Shown here: in pieces, positions 25,850 through 39,975 of the stretch | Position numbering within the stretch: position 1 is the stretch's first letter | Layout of the letters: the number at the start of each line of letters is the position of its first letter | Origin: Eledone cirrhosa | Taxonomy: Eukaryota | Reading direction: 5' to 3' | DNA: 64,000 nucleotides | Assembly: GCA_964016885.1 (NCBI GenBank) | Contig: OZ024759.1 | Location: 35,092,001 to 35,156,000, forward strand | The notes under the pieces: model-generated | The model's database searches: none | Told to the model about the DNA's origin: nothing | The model's input: only the letters and a program-made list of their open reading frames with translations | Made by a program: the position numbers and the translations under genes

Positions 25850-26420
25850 TTAAGTTCTGAGTTCAAATTTGGCCGAGGTCAAGGAGGTCAACTTTGCCTT
25901 TCATCCTTATGGTGTGGAGAGGAGAGGGTGTTGATCAACTAAAAGTACCAGTCAAATACTGGGGTCGATTTAATTGTCTTTCTCCTCCCCTAAAGTTGCT
26001 GACCTTGTGCCTAAATCAGAAACCATTATTAATTATTGCGGTGGATTGGCAGTATCGGTAGAGGGTCGGACGCCATGCTTTGACGTATAGAGTTACGGCC
26101 CTTGCCATTCTGAGTTCAAATCCCGCCGAGGTTAACATTGCCTTTCATCCTTACGGGGTTGATAAAATAAAGTACCAGTAATACACTGGGTAATTGCTGG
26201 CCTTGTGCCAAAAGTAGAAACAATTATTATTATTATTATTATTATTATTCGCAGTATCGGTAGAGGGTTGGACGCCATGCTTTCTAGCATAGAGTTACGC
26301 CCCTTTACGGTCTGAGTTCAAATCCCACCAAGATCAACTCCACTTTGAATCCTTTCTGGAGACAATACCCGTAGAATACTTAGGGGTTAATTTCTGGCCT
26401 TGTGTCTGAATTAGATGCCA
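25850..26420 (+). mobile_element. Tandem cluster of three family 2 SINEs
   Basis: Three successive CTGAGTTCAAAT...CATCCTT/AATCCTT...CTTGTG units, each adjoining the previous tail. Confidence 0.78.
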
Positions 26421-27063
26421 TTATAACTGTTGCTGTTGTTGTTGCTGTTCTACTTGGTTTATCAACAACCAAGGCCAGCTGCAGCAATAACATGTGAAAC
26501 AGTGTCGTACTCTTTAGTTCTCTGTAGTCATGTTTTGATTACTCTACCTAGTGTGTGTGTGGAGGTATTTATATAAGTGTGTGTCTGTGTTTATCATCAT
26601 CATATTCTTCATCTTTACATCTGATTTAACATTGCTTCATGTGTAATAAATGACTGTTAGTTTCTTAAAAGCTGCTACAATGTGGTAGACATATATAAAA
26701 GGCAAAGAATGACAAATAAAACCAAAGAAACTACTATTTTTACCCAGTATATTTCAACATAATATTTCAGGGCTAGTATCCTCTTTTCAAAGGGGAAACG
26801 AAAGCCTGGACGAGTTAGGGAAGAACACATCGATTGTGTGTTTTGTTTTGAATTGTTTCCATTTCCACATTTGACAAGGGGGTTTTGACTCTGAAATATA
26901 TTGGGTAAAGCATTACTTTGTTTTGTTTTCTTTATCATCCTTTACTCTTTATATATTTCTACTGTATTGTAGTGGCTTTGCGAAACTGGAGTCATTTATT
27001 TTATATATATATATATATCAATAATATTAATAAATGGAAGCTATCTTTATAAAACCATATTTA

Positions 27064-27120
27064 TTTTATTATATATATTTCAAGGGTACCAACATTTTGG
27101 TATGCTCTCATCAGATAAAA
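27064..27120 (-). ncRNA. Type-I minimal hammerhead ribozyme (family D), left arm of palindrome
   Basis: Reverse strand TTTTAT-CTGATGA-GAGCATACCAA(AATG)TTGGTACCCTT-GAAA-TATATA-TA-ATAAAA, with a 6-bp stem I. Confidence 0.82.
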
Positions 27121-27231
27121 TATAAAAGTTGGTTTACAGATAGTGACATATTCAGACAAGAACTTAATGTTGTGAGTTCTATTTGTGAGTTCTTGTCTGA
27201 ATATGTCACTCTCTGTAAACCAACTTTTATA

Positions 27232-27288
27232 TTTTATCTGATGAGAACGTACCAAAATGTTGGTACCCTTGAGATATATATAATAAAA
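27232..27288 (+). ncRNA. Hammerhead motif (family D), right arm, core mutated GAAA to GAGA
   Basis: TTTTAT-CTGATGA-GAACGTACCAA(AATG)TTGGTACCCTT-GAGA-TATATA-TA-ATAAAA. Probably inactive. Confidence 0.6.
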
Positions 27289-28221
27289 TGAATATGGTTT
27301 TATAAAGATAGCTTCCATTTATTAATATTATTGATATTATACTCCAGAAGAAATGCTGTTGAGTGCTTCTAATCTGTTATAAATTAAATTTGTTGAATAA
27401 TCAACAAATTAAATAACTCATTGCTTATATATATATGTGTGTGTGTGTGTGTTACATCCATAACAACGATAAAACTTGCAAAACAATAGACATCATTTAG
27501 TTTGATAGAGAAATACTGTGAAGGAAATTGTGATGATGTGAGTTTGAGTGTCGTGTTTGTCCAACTGAATATTCCAATATTCCACTACAGTTGCTATAAT
27601 AATAATAACAATAATAATAACAGCACTCTTATATGATTGAATATCATTCTGTTGTAAATAGGATTTTTAACAGATAATGTACACATGTATGTATAAAGCA
27701 AATGATGTACTTGTAACCGTGTAAAGTGTTTGATGTGAACAATCTGGTGTGTTTAGTTTTGTGTCTTATCAATGTATGAAGCGAGTTTCTGAGCCCCTGG
27801 GGGTCGGGAAGACAATTGGAAAGACATGGAAACACAAATGATACTGATGATAATGGTTTCTGATTTAGGCACATGGCCAGCAATTTTGGGGGAATTGAAA
27901 GTTGATTAGATCGATCCCAGTAAATAAGGGTGACATTTACTTGTCACATTGTTCATCAGATGAGCAAGACATTACAAAGACCAGATTACATAGTGTATGT
28001 GTGTGTGTGTGTGGTTGGCAGGGGTGGGTTGAGGGGATGATATAAATATACACTTAATATTGCCAGTTTGAATAAGTACTCAATACCATATATATATATA
28101 TATTATAATAGTTATTATCTCCAACATCTAAGAGTTGCTACTGCCGGTTTCCAACTGTGCATGTGGCTTAGATTGTGCATCAGTACATCCACATGCTTTG
28201 TTTTCTTTCAGGCAACTGTAA

Positions 28222-28252
<31 letters not shown>

Positions 28253-28454
28253 GTAAACAATGACAACACACAGAGATACAAAAACGATTGGTGTTATTAG
28301 GTTCATGCTTTGGATGAAAGAGAGAAAGAAAGTTCAATGTATTGGATGTTAGTCCTTCATCAGGAGAGTACAATAGTGGATAGAATATAAAATAGAAAAT
28401 AGAAAAAGGGGAGACATGTGAGTATGTGTTGTTTTTAATTTTTTGTGTGTATCA

Positions 28455-28492
<38 letters not shown>

Positions 28493-30471
28493 AATGATAA
28501 ATGTATAATAATCAAATTTCTATTTAATCATGGTGAACGAACCAAAATTCTTTCATATTTCATCTCTTTCCATGTTTATTTCCACCCATCCCTCTTCCTC
28601 CCTCACTCTCTCTTTCTCCCTTTCTTTCTTCCTTCCTTCAATGCAATTCATTTCCACCACCACAACAACAACAACCGACAGTAAACTTCTTTATGTTATA
28701 TCACCACTAGTGTTTTTTTGGGGATTTTTTTTCAGTAAAATTATTATTATTATTATTATTATTATCAACATTTCAATAAAAAATTCCTAAGGAAAACAAA
28801 ACATTTTTTTCTCATTATTATTATTATTATTATATTATTATTAATATTACTAAGGGCGGTGGTTTGACAGAATCGGTAGAGCGTCGGACTACATGCTTTG
28901 TGGCATAAAGTTATGTCCCTTTACGTTCTGAGTTCAAATCCTGCCGAGCTTAACTTTGCCTTTCATCCTCACCAATGGGTTGATAAAATAAAGTACCAGT
29001 AACGTACTGGAGTTTGATATAATAATCAGCTTTCCTCCCACCCCCACCCACCCACACACACATTGCTGGCCTTGTGCCTAAGTTAGAAATTATTATTATT
29101 AGTATTTGTTTCTTTGGGTTTTTTCCCCTTAATTTCTCCCCCTCCCATCTATTGTTGTTATTTTATTTATTTTTTTTTTTCTGTTTAATTTGCCAGTTCC
29201 AGAAACATCTTCAGGAATCAGCCCCTCACCCCCCAACAACACCACCCCCAAAATATATATAAAGGAATGGAGGGATATTTTTACTCTGAAATTTGAAAAA
29301 AAAAAAATTTAAACTAAAACTAAACAAAAACAAACAAAAAACAAAGAAAACTAAAACAGACAGACAGACGTTTGTTGTCTACTACCACCACCACAACTAC
29401 TACTACTACTACAATACCATACGTTATACTACACATCATATATTGTCCAAGCTGTATATTTGATACTTATTCTATGTAAAATACAACCCTGCCCCCAAAG
29501 CAATGACGTTGTTGCTACTTCTGTAGAAATCCCTAAACTGCTGCCAGCCGACTAGAGGTAGCATTTGTTGTGTGTGTTTACTAGAAATTGATTTTGATTC
29601 TCACCAAAGTCTGTCAAAGAAATAAACCCCCATTTTTTCCACCATCCACCCATCATTTGTAAAAGGACTGTGGCCCAGGGGTTAGGGCTGTGTTGGCCAG
29701 GGCCCTCCATCGTTGGTTGAAGGACCATGGCTCATTAAATAGAGCGTTGAACTCACAATCATACGACTGGGTTTGATTTCTGGACTGGCCAGCACCCCCT
29801 ATTATTGGTTAAAGGACTGTGGCCCAATGGTTGGTGTGTTGAACTCACAATTTTATGACCTTGGGTTTGATATCTGGGCTGGCCAGCACAGCACGGCATA
29901 TTGTCTTCTTGAACAAGACACTTCATTTAATATTACTCTTCATGACAGGGCTGGGGTACCATATCATTAAACTACCCAAGGAACCTCCTATGAGATACAA
30001 CCTCTTAGGAGGCCAGCTAAATCTACATAGGTGTGAGCTGTAACAACATGATAGGACTGGAGCCCCTATCATTAAACCACCCAAGGAACCTCCTATGTGA
30101 TGTGATCTCTTAGGAGGCCAGCTAAACCTCCATAGGTGTGAGCTGTAATGACAGCAACATGATAGGGTCCCTATCATTAAAACACCTGAGATACAACTTT
30201 GTAGGAGGTCAACTAAACCAACATAGATGTGAGCTGTAAATTTCATTTTTTCATCCCTCAATTCCCTGGCATTTCATTAATTCTCTCTCTTCAATAAACA
30301 TTTGACACACAATGAGGTTTCTTCATACAATGACTCCATTTCATGCTTCCACCTTGACAATATCTGTCAAACTGTCAATATTCCCCTCTTTCTGTCACAA
30401 TCTATCAATACTTCCCATATCTCTGTCACAGTGTGTTGATATATCTGTCAAATTCTGTGACAACTCCCCTG

Positions 30472-30850
30472 TCTCTGACACAGTCTGTCAATACCCCTCT
30501 ATCTCTATCAATCTCTGACACAGTCTGTCAATATCCTCTATCTCTGTCAGTCTCTGACACAGTCTGTCAATATCCTCTATCTCTGTCAGTTTCTGACACA
30601 GTCTGTCAATACCCCTCTATCTCTATCAATCTCTGACACAGTCTGTCAATATCCTCTATTTCTATCAATCTCTGACACAGTCTGTCAATACCCCTCTATC
30701 TCTGTCAGTCTCTGACACAGTCTGTTAATATCCTCTACTCTATCAGTCTCTGACACAGTCTATCAATACCCCTTTATCTCTGTCAATCTCTGACACATTC
30801 TACCAATATCCCTCTATCTCTGTCAATCTCTAACACAGTATGTCAATATT
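30472..30850. repeat. 39/40-bp minisatellite
   Basis: Unit TCTCTGACACAGTCTGTCAATAYCCCTCTATCTCTRTCAR. Confidence 0.85.
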
Positions 30851-32016
30851 TCTATCAAACTGTCATTAGTGCTCTATTTCTGTGACAGTCTGTCAGTATT
30901 CCTGTATTTCTATCAAACTCTGTGAAAACAATTCCTTTCTTTCTCTCAGAAATTATCAAAACTCCCCATATCTGTCAAACTCTGTCAAAACTCCCCATAT
31001 CTCTGTCAAACTCTGTCAAAACTCCCCCATCTCTCACAGCATGCTGATACTCTATGTGTGGCAATTCATGTTTTAAAGTCCAACTCTACCCTCATCTCTC
31101 ACTCCCACTCTCTCCTCATCTCTCACTCCCACTCATTTTTCAGTCAATAACAAGCGGGTTAAAATCTAAAGATAGAAATTTGTTTCTTTTTTGTATACAC
31201 ACACATACACAGACACACACAGACACACACACACACTCACACACACTCACACACTCACACAAGATATTTCTTTGACAAATTAATAAATTAATTTTGTGAA
31301 GATGTCCAAGGCTATCGTCACAGTAACTGTCTGAGGCTGTTGTCACAATATGACAGGACAGCTGATAATTCTTATTGACAATGATGACGGCATTGACAAT
31401 GACGAGGAGGAAGAGGACAGCATTGACGATGACGGTGATAATGGCGACGTTGATGACTGACGATGATGATGTTGATGATGATGTTGATGATGATGATGTT
31501 GACAATAATGTTGACAATGATTTTGACGATGATGATGATGACGATGATGAAGATGATGATGATGGTAATAATGATGACGGGGTATGATAATGACAGATGA
31601 TAGTGACGATGACGATGATAATGAAGGACGACGATGACGATGATGATGATGATGATGATGACGGCGATGATGATGATTTTAATAAATTAATTAAATTAAA
31701 GATTAACTGTATTAACAACGACAATCAGTTTGGGATTAATGATTCGAAATAATTAAAACAAATGTATTTCTTCGTTCTGTTCACCAACCCATAGCCTTTG
31801 GTATATAGAGCATCACCACTACTACCACCACCACCACTACCACTACTACCCTTCTCATTACATAACAAACTATACCCACCACACCCAGTTTATTTCACCC
31901 CCACCACCACCACCGCCAACTTTAATTTATCATAATTTTTCAGTTATACTTTTTTATAAATATTTTTTTTTTTTCATTTTTTTTCAGCTATAATCATTAT
32001 TATCAATAACATAATA

Positions 32017-32215
32017 AGGGCGGTGGATTGGCAGAATCGGTAGAGGGTCGGACACCATACTTTGAAGCATAGAGTTACGTCCCTTTACGATCTGAGTTCA
32101 AATCCCGCCGAGGTTGACTTTGCCTTTCATCCTTACGGGGTCGATAAAATAAAGTACCAGTAATGCACTGGAATAATTGCTGGCCTTGTGCCTAAAGTAG
32201 AAACAATTATCAATA
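32017..32215 (+). mobile_element. tRNA-derived SINE, family 2 (Meta-domain-like GCCTTTCATCCTTACGGGGTCGATAAAAT)
   Basis: A-box TGGCAGAATCGG, B-box GAGTTCAAATCC, (ATT)n tail. Copies at 25850-26035, 26038-26250, 26250-26420, 28853-29100, 33309-33500, 44352-44520 and 58446-58605. Confidence 0.85.
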
Positions 32216-33609
32216 ACATTATTATAATTATCAATAACATTATTATAATTATCGATAACATTATTATAATTATCAATACCACTATTATAATTATCAATAA
32301 CATTATTAATATTATCAATAACATTATTGCAATTATCAATAAGATAATTATTATTATCAATAACAATATTATAATTATCAATAACATTATTATAATTATC
32401 ACTATCAATATTATTATTATTATTACCGTTATGACTATATAACAACAACAACAACAATAATAATAATGATTGCCTCATCTTTGCTCTTTGTTTGTTTGTT
32501 TTGTTTTTTTTTACTCTCATTTTCCTCCTCCTCCTCCTCCTACTCCTCCTACTACTACTATTTGTTGACTCCACCTCTCCCCCCTCCTCACTCAATGTCA
32601 GCCCTCATATGTAATCTCAAAGATGAAATATTCCCAGACTTAAATAAAGAAAAATTAATATGTCAATAAATTCTGGCTTTCTTTGTCTTATTATTGTTGT
32701 TGTTGTTGTTGTAGTGGTAGTATGTTGTAGTGGTGGTGGTTGTGGTGGTATATTGTTGTAGTGTTGGTGATGGTAGTGGTGGTGGTTGTGGTATATTGTT
32801 GGTGGTTGTGGTATATTGTTGGTGTTGTAGTGGTGGTGGTTGTGGTATATTGTAGTTGTGATGGTGGTTGTGGTATATTGTTGGTGTTGTAGTGGTGGTG
32901 GTGGTTGTGGTATATTGTTGGTGTTGTGTTGGTGATGGTAGTGGTGGTGGTTGTGGTATATTGTTGGTGTTGTAGTGGTGGTGGTTGTGTTATATTGTTG
33001 GTGTTGTTGTGTTGGTGATGGTAGTGGTGGTGGTTGTATATTGTAGCGGTGGTGGTTGTGGTATATTGTTGGTGTTGTAGTGGTGGTGGTTGTGTTATAT
33101 TGTTGGTGTTGTTGTGTTGGTGATGGTAGTGGTGGTGGTTGTATATTGTAATTGTTGTAGTGGTGGTGGTTGTGGTATATTGTTGGTGCTGTAGTATATT
33201 GTGGTTGTTGTGTTGGTAGTGGTGGTGGTTGTAGTATATTATGGTTATGGTATATGATTGTTGTTGTTGTGGTAGTGGTATATGGTTGCTGTTATTTTTT
33301 GGTATTAAAGAGGTGGATTGGCAGAATCAGTAGAGCGCCGGACTAAATGCTTTGTGGCATAGTGTTACATCCCGTTATGTTTTGAGTTCAAATCCTGTCG
33401 AGGTTAGCTTTGCCTTTCATCCTTACGGGGTCGATAAAATAAAGCACCAGTAATACACTGGGGTCGATTTAATTGACTTTCCCTCCCTTCAAATAGCTGG
33501 TGTTGTATATGTTTGTTGTAGTTTATGCTTCTTACTATTTGGCTCCAGTTTTTTTATAGGAACTTCTGGAAGACACGTCTGGAAGAAGATGAAGAACATC
33601 TGGAGGAAG

Positions 33610-34372
33610 GGACAGTGCCCATGGCCTTCACAGGCTGTCTGAAACAGGAAAGATTGATTTGGTAGGTCTGGGTGATAGGACGGTGCCCCTGATCTTCACA
33701 GGCCCTCTGAGAAGGAGAGATTGATTTCTGGTAGGTCTGGATGGAGGGACAGTACCCCTAGCTATCACAGGCCCTCTGAGACAGGAGAGATTGATTTCTG
33801 GTAGGTCTGGATGGAGGGACAGTACCCCTAGCTATCACAGGCCCTCTGAGAAGGAGAGATTGATTTCTGGTAGGTCTGGATGGAGGGACAGTACCCCTAG
33901 CTATCACAGGCCCTCTGAGACAGGAGAGATTGATTTCTGGTAGGTCTGGATGGAGGGACAGTACCCCTAGCTATCACAGGCCCTCTGAGAAGGAGAGATT
34001 GATTTCTGGTAGGTCTGGATGGAGGGACAGTACCCCTAGCTATCACAGGCCCTCTGAGACAGGAGAGATTGATTTCTGGTAGGTCTGGATGGAGGGACAG
34101 TACCCCTAGCTATCACAGGCCCTCTGAGACAGGAGAGATTGATTTCTGGTAGGTCTGGATGGAGGGACAGTACCCCTAGCTATCACAGGCCCTCTGAGAA
34201 GGAGAGATTGATTTCTGGTAGGACTGGATGGAGGGACAGTACCCCTAGTCTTCACAGGCCCTCTGACAAGGAGAGATTGATTTTTGGTAGATCTGGATGG
34301 AGGGACAGTACCCCTAGCTATCACAGGCCCTCTGAGACAGGAGAGATTGATATCTGGTAGGTCTGAGGGACA
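33610..34372. repeat. 69/70-bp minisatellite (~11 copies)
   Basis: Unit GAGAGATTGATTTCTGGTAGGTCTGGATGGAGGGACAGTACCCCTAGCTATCACAGGCCCTCTGAGACAG. Confidence 0.92.
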
Positions 34373-35023
34373 TGAGCAAGAAGGGAGTTCCTAAGGACTG
34401 GGAATAGTGGTTAGTGAGGGCCCTATCCCCAACTGAACTCATGGATGTTATCCAACCATCTTGTTCGGGGTCACCTGCTGGTTGGTTTTACCCACAAAAT
34501 CTATTCAGTGATATTATTTCCTTAGACATTCTAACCACAGTATCCTAGTATCAGAGCTCTTATCTCTCAAAATATGTCCAGATATTCTTTCTAGAGACAT
34601 TCTAACCACATGCCCATAGTATCGTAACTGTGATCACTCAGTTCGGAGAAGTAGCAGCTCTACCTGGAAGTTTCATACAAGGGACATTTTTTTTATTTAT
34701 AGTTTTGACACTGGACATCAAAAATTTCAGTCAAGCTCAGTATGATATTACGCCTGGTTGGATTAACAGACAAAGTCAGCTATGGTGGAATCTGAAATAT
34801 ACCAGAATGTATCATCAAACATTTGCTTTGGTGTGCTACCAATTTCTTCTGTATTCTACCTTCACCAATGTCCAGAAGAACTTATCTGAGATGATGACAT
34901 GTGAGAAATATCTAGTGTCTGTTGGAACAAGGTAAGGAAAAGGTGTTCATTTTGAAGAAAGAGTCACAGTTTCAAACTACACTAGAACTTCACATGAAAA
35001 AAAAAATACATAACTAAAACCAT

Positions 35024-35081
<58 letters not shown>

Positions 35082-35357
35082 ATGTTAGCATGGAAATGGA
35101 CATTAAGTGATGATGATGATGATGATATATGTATGTGTATGTAGGATATCTAGATAAAAGGTCAAGGAAAGCTGCAGGTTTTTCCCACCTGGTCCCTCAG
35201 ACAAAAATACGAAAAAAAAAGGGAGTGGGGTCACTCTGGAAGAACCTCCTCCAATATACAGCGGTGGCCACAACTGGACCCCAAAACCAATGGTCGCACA
35301 TGTTAAGTGTATGAAACTATGTATATATATATATGTGTATATATATATATATATATG

Positions 35358-35731
35358 TCTTAGTGTTTAGAGCATTGGGCTTGCAATCGAAAGGTTGTGA
35401 GTTCAATTCTCGGACCTGGTGATGTGTTGTTTCCTTGAACAAGACACTTTATTTCACATTGCTTCAGTTTACTCAGCTGTAGAAATGAGATGATAGGGAC
35501 TGGGGTCCCTATCATTCCACTGCAAAGTGGTCATGTAGGTGCCACGGCAAAAAAGCACCCAGCACTCACTGTAAATGAGGTTGGTGTTAGGAAGGGCATC
35601 CAGCTGTAGAAATCAAGCCAGAATCAGTTCCCGTATGAGCAAGACAAGGTCAGCCGACCGGACACTACCCACAACAGGACAACCCGTCTAACCCATGCTA
35701 GCATGGAAGAACGGATGTAAATTGGTGATGA
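35358..35731 (+). mobile_element. SINE family 1, near full length
   Basis: tRNA head, core, and tail ending CCCATGCTAGCATGGAAG...GATGAT. Confidence 0.8.
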
Positions 35732-35871
35732 TATGTGTGTGTGTGTATGAGGTTTACGAAAATCATTGATCTCCAACCATGACTTGTGTGAGTGTATATA
35801 TATGTATGTGTGTGTATATATATATATGTATGTATGTATGTGTGTATATATATATATATATGTATATATAT

Positions 35872-36026
35872 AAGAGGTAGAACACTGGAAGGTAATATCC
35901 ATAGTAGTAGGACGAGTTAGGTAGAAGTAGTAACACAACAGTAAGTTCACCATACCGAAAACAACCGCATAAAGTGAAACAATTGTTCTCGGTCTGGTGA
36001 ACTAACTAACTGTTGTGTTACTACTT
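35872..36026. mobile_element. Family C element (fold-back, hammerhead core partly deleted)
   Basis: AAGTAGTAACACAACAG...ACCGA / TCGGT...CTGTTGTGTTACTACTT inverted arms. Homologous to 48660-48800 and flanked by (TA)n. Confidence 0.65.
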
Positions 36027-37171
36027 ATATATATATAGAGAGAGAGAGTGGGTGAGATGAGATTAGGGTATTCCGCTCTGTAATCTGTTAACTAATAAAC
36101 CTAGGGGTAGATGAGCGTCTACAAATTGTGAGGGTTAACAATGAGTACAGTAACACATTTATCATGTAGTTAGGAGTCCAGGAGTGGACCAGGGCTCTGT
36201 CCTCACACACAGATCTGTTTATCATAGTCCTTCAGTCCTTAAATAAGGAGTTTTAAGTGTGGCTGTCCATGTGAACCCCTCTATATTCCAATGACCTTCA
36301 TATGAGAAATACCAGATCTTTGAGGGAGCCACGTGGGAGACCATCAGCACCTCCACTTACAAAGAAAGACCCCATGGTAGAGGTGATGTCTGCCTCAGGG
36401 ACTACATACATATAGTGAGTGAAGATCTGGTGGGGGGGGGGGGGTATGTGTATGTAATTTAATCAAAGTAGAGAAATGTATGTTTGTGAATAATCCTACA
36501 AGATTTATCTCCCTTGCATTAATGGTAAATCACAAGAAATGTTATATTTTTTTCCCCTTTAAAACCTAACATATTTGGGTCCATTGAATCTTTAGCACTC
36601 TTCACTTCAATCCTGCTAATACAGATCACCTACTTACCTATGTATGTATATATATATATATATACACACACTGTCAATGTGGTTGGTGTTAGGAAGGACA
36701 TCCAGCTATAAAAACTCCGGATAACTTCGTCAGAGCAAGGTATGGCGTGATCAGTCCTGGCCAGATTTGTCTCTCCACGCGGATGACCCGTCTGACCCAA
36801 GCAAGCAAGGTAAAATAGGCATTAAATGATGATATATATATATGTATATATATATATGTATATACATATACATATATATATATGTATATGTATATACATA
36901 TATATACATATATATATATCAAAGTACCGAAACAACATATCTCTAACAGTTGACTGATGGGATGGCACGACTGACTGTATTCATTGATTTTCCTGCCTTC
37001 GCCTGTAATTTTATTCGTATATATATACATATATATATATATGTATATATATATGCAGAGGTTATATTTAATTTAAACCTTTTTATAACTGATATAAAGC
37101 ACTCAACAGTTTAGTGGAGTAAATATACAATATATTAATAAATGGAAACTATATTTATAAAACCATATTTA

Positions 37172-37233
37172 TTTTATTATACATATTTCAAGGGCAACCA
37201 AGGAAAATTATGGTGCGCTTTCATCAGATAAAA
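37172..37233 (-). ncRNA. Type-I minimal hammerhead ribozyme (family D), left arm
   Basis: Reverse strand TTTTAT-CTGATGA-AAGCGCACC...GGTTGCCCTT-GAAA-TATGTA-TA-ATAAAA. Confidence 0.78.
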
Positions 37234-37378
37234 TACAGATTTGTTTTATAAATAAATAAATATTGACATACCCAGAAAAAAAAGACAACCTTAACTTCTA
37301 TCCAGGAAGCTCCAACTGTTAAGGTTGTCTTTTTTTCCGGGTATGTCAATATTTATTTATTTATAAAACAAATCTGTA

Positions 37379-37440
37379 TTTTATCTGATGAAAGCGCACC
37401 CTAATTTTCCTTGGTTGCCCTTGAAATATGTATAATAAAA
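37379..37440 (+). ncRNA. Type-I minimal hammerhead ribozyme (family D), right arm
   Basis: TTTTAT 37379-37384, CTGATGA 37385-37391, stem II AAG/CTT plus GCACC/GGTTGC, GAAA 37423-37426, TA, ATAAAA 37435-37440. Confidence 0.78.
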
Positions 37441-37484
37441 TAAATATGGTTTTATAAATATAGTTTCCATTTATTAATATATTG

Positions 37485-37562
<78 letters not shown>

Positions 37563-38301
37563 CTATATATATATATATTTAAGTAGTAATGGTGGTGGTA
37601 GTTGTGATAGAAGTAGTAGCAGTAGTAGTTATTGTTGTTGTAGAGTTGGTGGTGGTGGTATGTGATAATGGAAGTGATGTTGATATTGGTGGTGATGATG
37701 GTGTGGGCTGTGTACTTGTGGTGATGGTAGAGTGAGTATGTGTGTGACGTGCTGATCTTTGGCGTGGTGGTAGTTGTGCTGATGGTGTTCATGTTGATGA
37801 TGTTGGTGGTGGTGGTGTTGAAATTTAAATCTATAAACTTACAAATTTAGTTAACCTACCGCCGCAAAAATAAAATAAAATAAATCAAAAGCAGAAAAAA
37901 AAAAGACGCTCGGATGGTTTTTTCCTGGTTGTTTTTTTTTTTGTTTTCTTGTCCTTTTTATTCATTTATTTTTGCCTGCGAATTATTTTCCGTTTTCTTT
38001 TTTTTAATAAATACCAATTTTTTGGAACAATGGCTGATAAACATGAAAGAGGATTGCTTGGCCGATGTTGGCGATAGTTTCTTGTGTTATCAAATATCTG
38101 GTATAAATGTCAAAGATTGATCACCAAAGTGCCATCAATATGTAATGTTCTAAACCAATATGTTAATGGTCATTTGGTAACAACTGACCAACATTTCTTT
38201 GCCTCGATTCACTGGAATTCTTCTGTTTCTAGATTTAATTATTCAACATGTCTCTCTTATGTCTTCTTCTGTTCCATTTTCTGCCAGGAGCAGTTGCTGC
38301 T

Positions 38302-39445
38302 ACAGACAGAAGGACAGGCAGAGAGACAGAGAGACAGACAGATAGAGAGACTGACAGACAGGCAGAGAGACAGAGAGACAGACAGATAGAGAGACTGACA
38401 GACAGATAGAGAGACTGACAGACAGGCAGAGAGACAGAGAGATAGAGAGACTGACAGACAGAGAGACAGGCAGATAGAGAGACTGACAGAGAGACTGATA
38501 GACAGACAGACTGACAGAGAGACAGACAGATAGACTGACAGACAGACAGACAGAGAGACTGATAGTCAGACAGACAGAGAGACAGACAGAGAGACAGACA
38601 GATAGATTGACAGACAGAGAGACAGGCAGACTGACAGAGAGATAGACAGAGAGAGAGAGACAGAATGACAGTCAGGCAGATAGACTGACAGACAAACAGG
38701 GAGATAGACTGACAGACAGAGAGACTGACAGATAGACAGACAGATAGACTGACAGACAGATAGACAGGCAGATAGACTGACAGACAGATAGACAGGGAGA
38801 TAGACTGACAGACAGATAGACAGGGAGATAGACTGACAGACAGATAGACAGGGAGATAGACTGACAGGCAGATAGACTGACAGACAGATAGACTGACAGG
38901 CAGATAGACTGACAGACAAACAGGGAGATAGACTGACAGGCAGAGAGACTGACAGATAGACAGGCAGATAGACTGACAGACAGATAGACAGGCAGGCAGA
39001 TAGACTGACAGACAGATAGACTGACAGACAGATAGACTGATAGACAGGCAGATAGACTGACAGGCAGATAGACAGGCAGATAGACTGACAGACAGATAGA
39101 CAGGCAGATAGACTGACAGACAGATAGACTGACAGACAAACAGGGAGATAGACTGACAGGCAGAGAGACTGACAGATAGACAGGCAGATAGACTGACAGA
39201 CAGATAGACTGACAGACAGATAGACTGACAGACAGATAGACAGGCAGATAGACTGACAGGCAGATAGACAGACAGATAGACTGACAGACAAACAGGGAGA
39301 TAGACTGACAGGCAGAGAGACTGACAGATAGACAGGCAGAGAGACAGACTGACAGACAGGCAGATAGACAGACAGACAGATAGACTGACAGAGAGACAGA
39401 TAGACTGACAGAGAGACAGACAGACTGACTGACTGACTGACAGAT
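38302..39445. repeat. (GACA/GATA)n compound tetranucleotide satellite
   Basis: Direct reading. Confidence 0.9.
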
Positions 39446-39497
39446 AATATCAACAATGGAGACACTAATGGAAATGTTTTGATGGTTGGTTAGATCT

Positions 39498-39975
39498 GAT
39501 AGGTTTGAGCTAAGGATAGGTTTGATCTCAAGATAGGTTTGAGCTAAGGATAGGTTTGAGCTAAGGGTAGGTTTGAGCTAAGGGTAGGTTTGAGCTAAGG
39601 ATAGGTTTGATCTCAAGATAGGTTTGAGCTAAGGATAGGTTTGAGCTAAGGGTAGGTTTGAGCTAAGGGTAGGTTTGAGCTAAGGATAGGTTTGAGCTAA
39701 GGGTAGGTTTGAGCTAAGGGTAGGTTTGAGCTAAGGGTAGGTTTGAGCTAAGGATAGGTTTGATCTCAAGATAGGTTTGAGCTAAGGATAGGTTTGAGCT
39801 AAGGGTAGGTTTGAGCTAAGGGTAGGTTTGAGCTAAGGATAGGTTTGAGCTAAGGGTAGGTTTGAGCTAAGGGTAGGTTTGAGCTAAGGATAGGTTTGAT
39901 CTCAAGATAGGTTTGAGCTAAGGATAGGTTTGAGCTCAGGGTAGGTTTGATCTCAAGATAGGTTTGAGCTTAGGA
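39498..39975. repeat. 16/17-bp minisatellite
   Basis: Unit AGGTTTGAGCTAAGGRT. Confidence 0.9.

Larger units (their letters stand above)
27015..27337. mobile_element. Fold-back element (family D), Penelope pLTR-like
   Basis: ~150-bp nearly perfect inverted arms with a ~23-nt spacer, next to (TA)n, with a hammerhead in each arm. Confidence 0.75.
37125..37487. mobile_element. Fold-back element (family D), Penelope pLTR-like
   Basis: ~170-bp inverted arms with spacer ~37296-37317. Outer ~110 bp is homologous to 27015-27337; truncated third copy at ~52610-52685. Confidence 0.75.

Noticed and set aside
27034-27318. Two near-identical 85-aa ORFs on opposite strands
   Set aside because: Mirror artefact of the family D palindrome.
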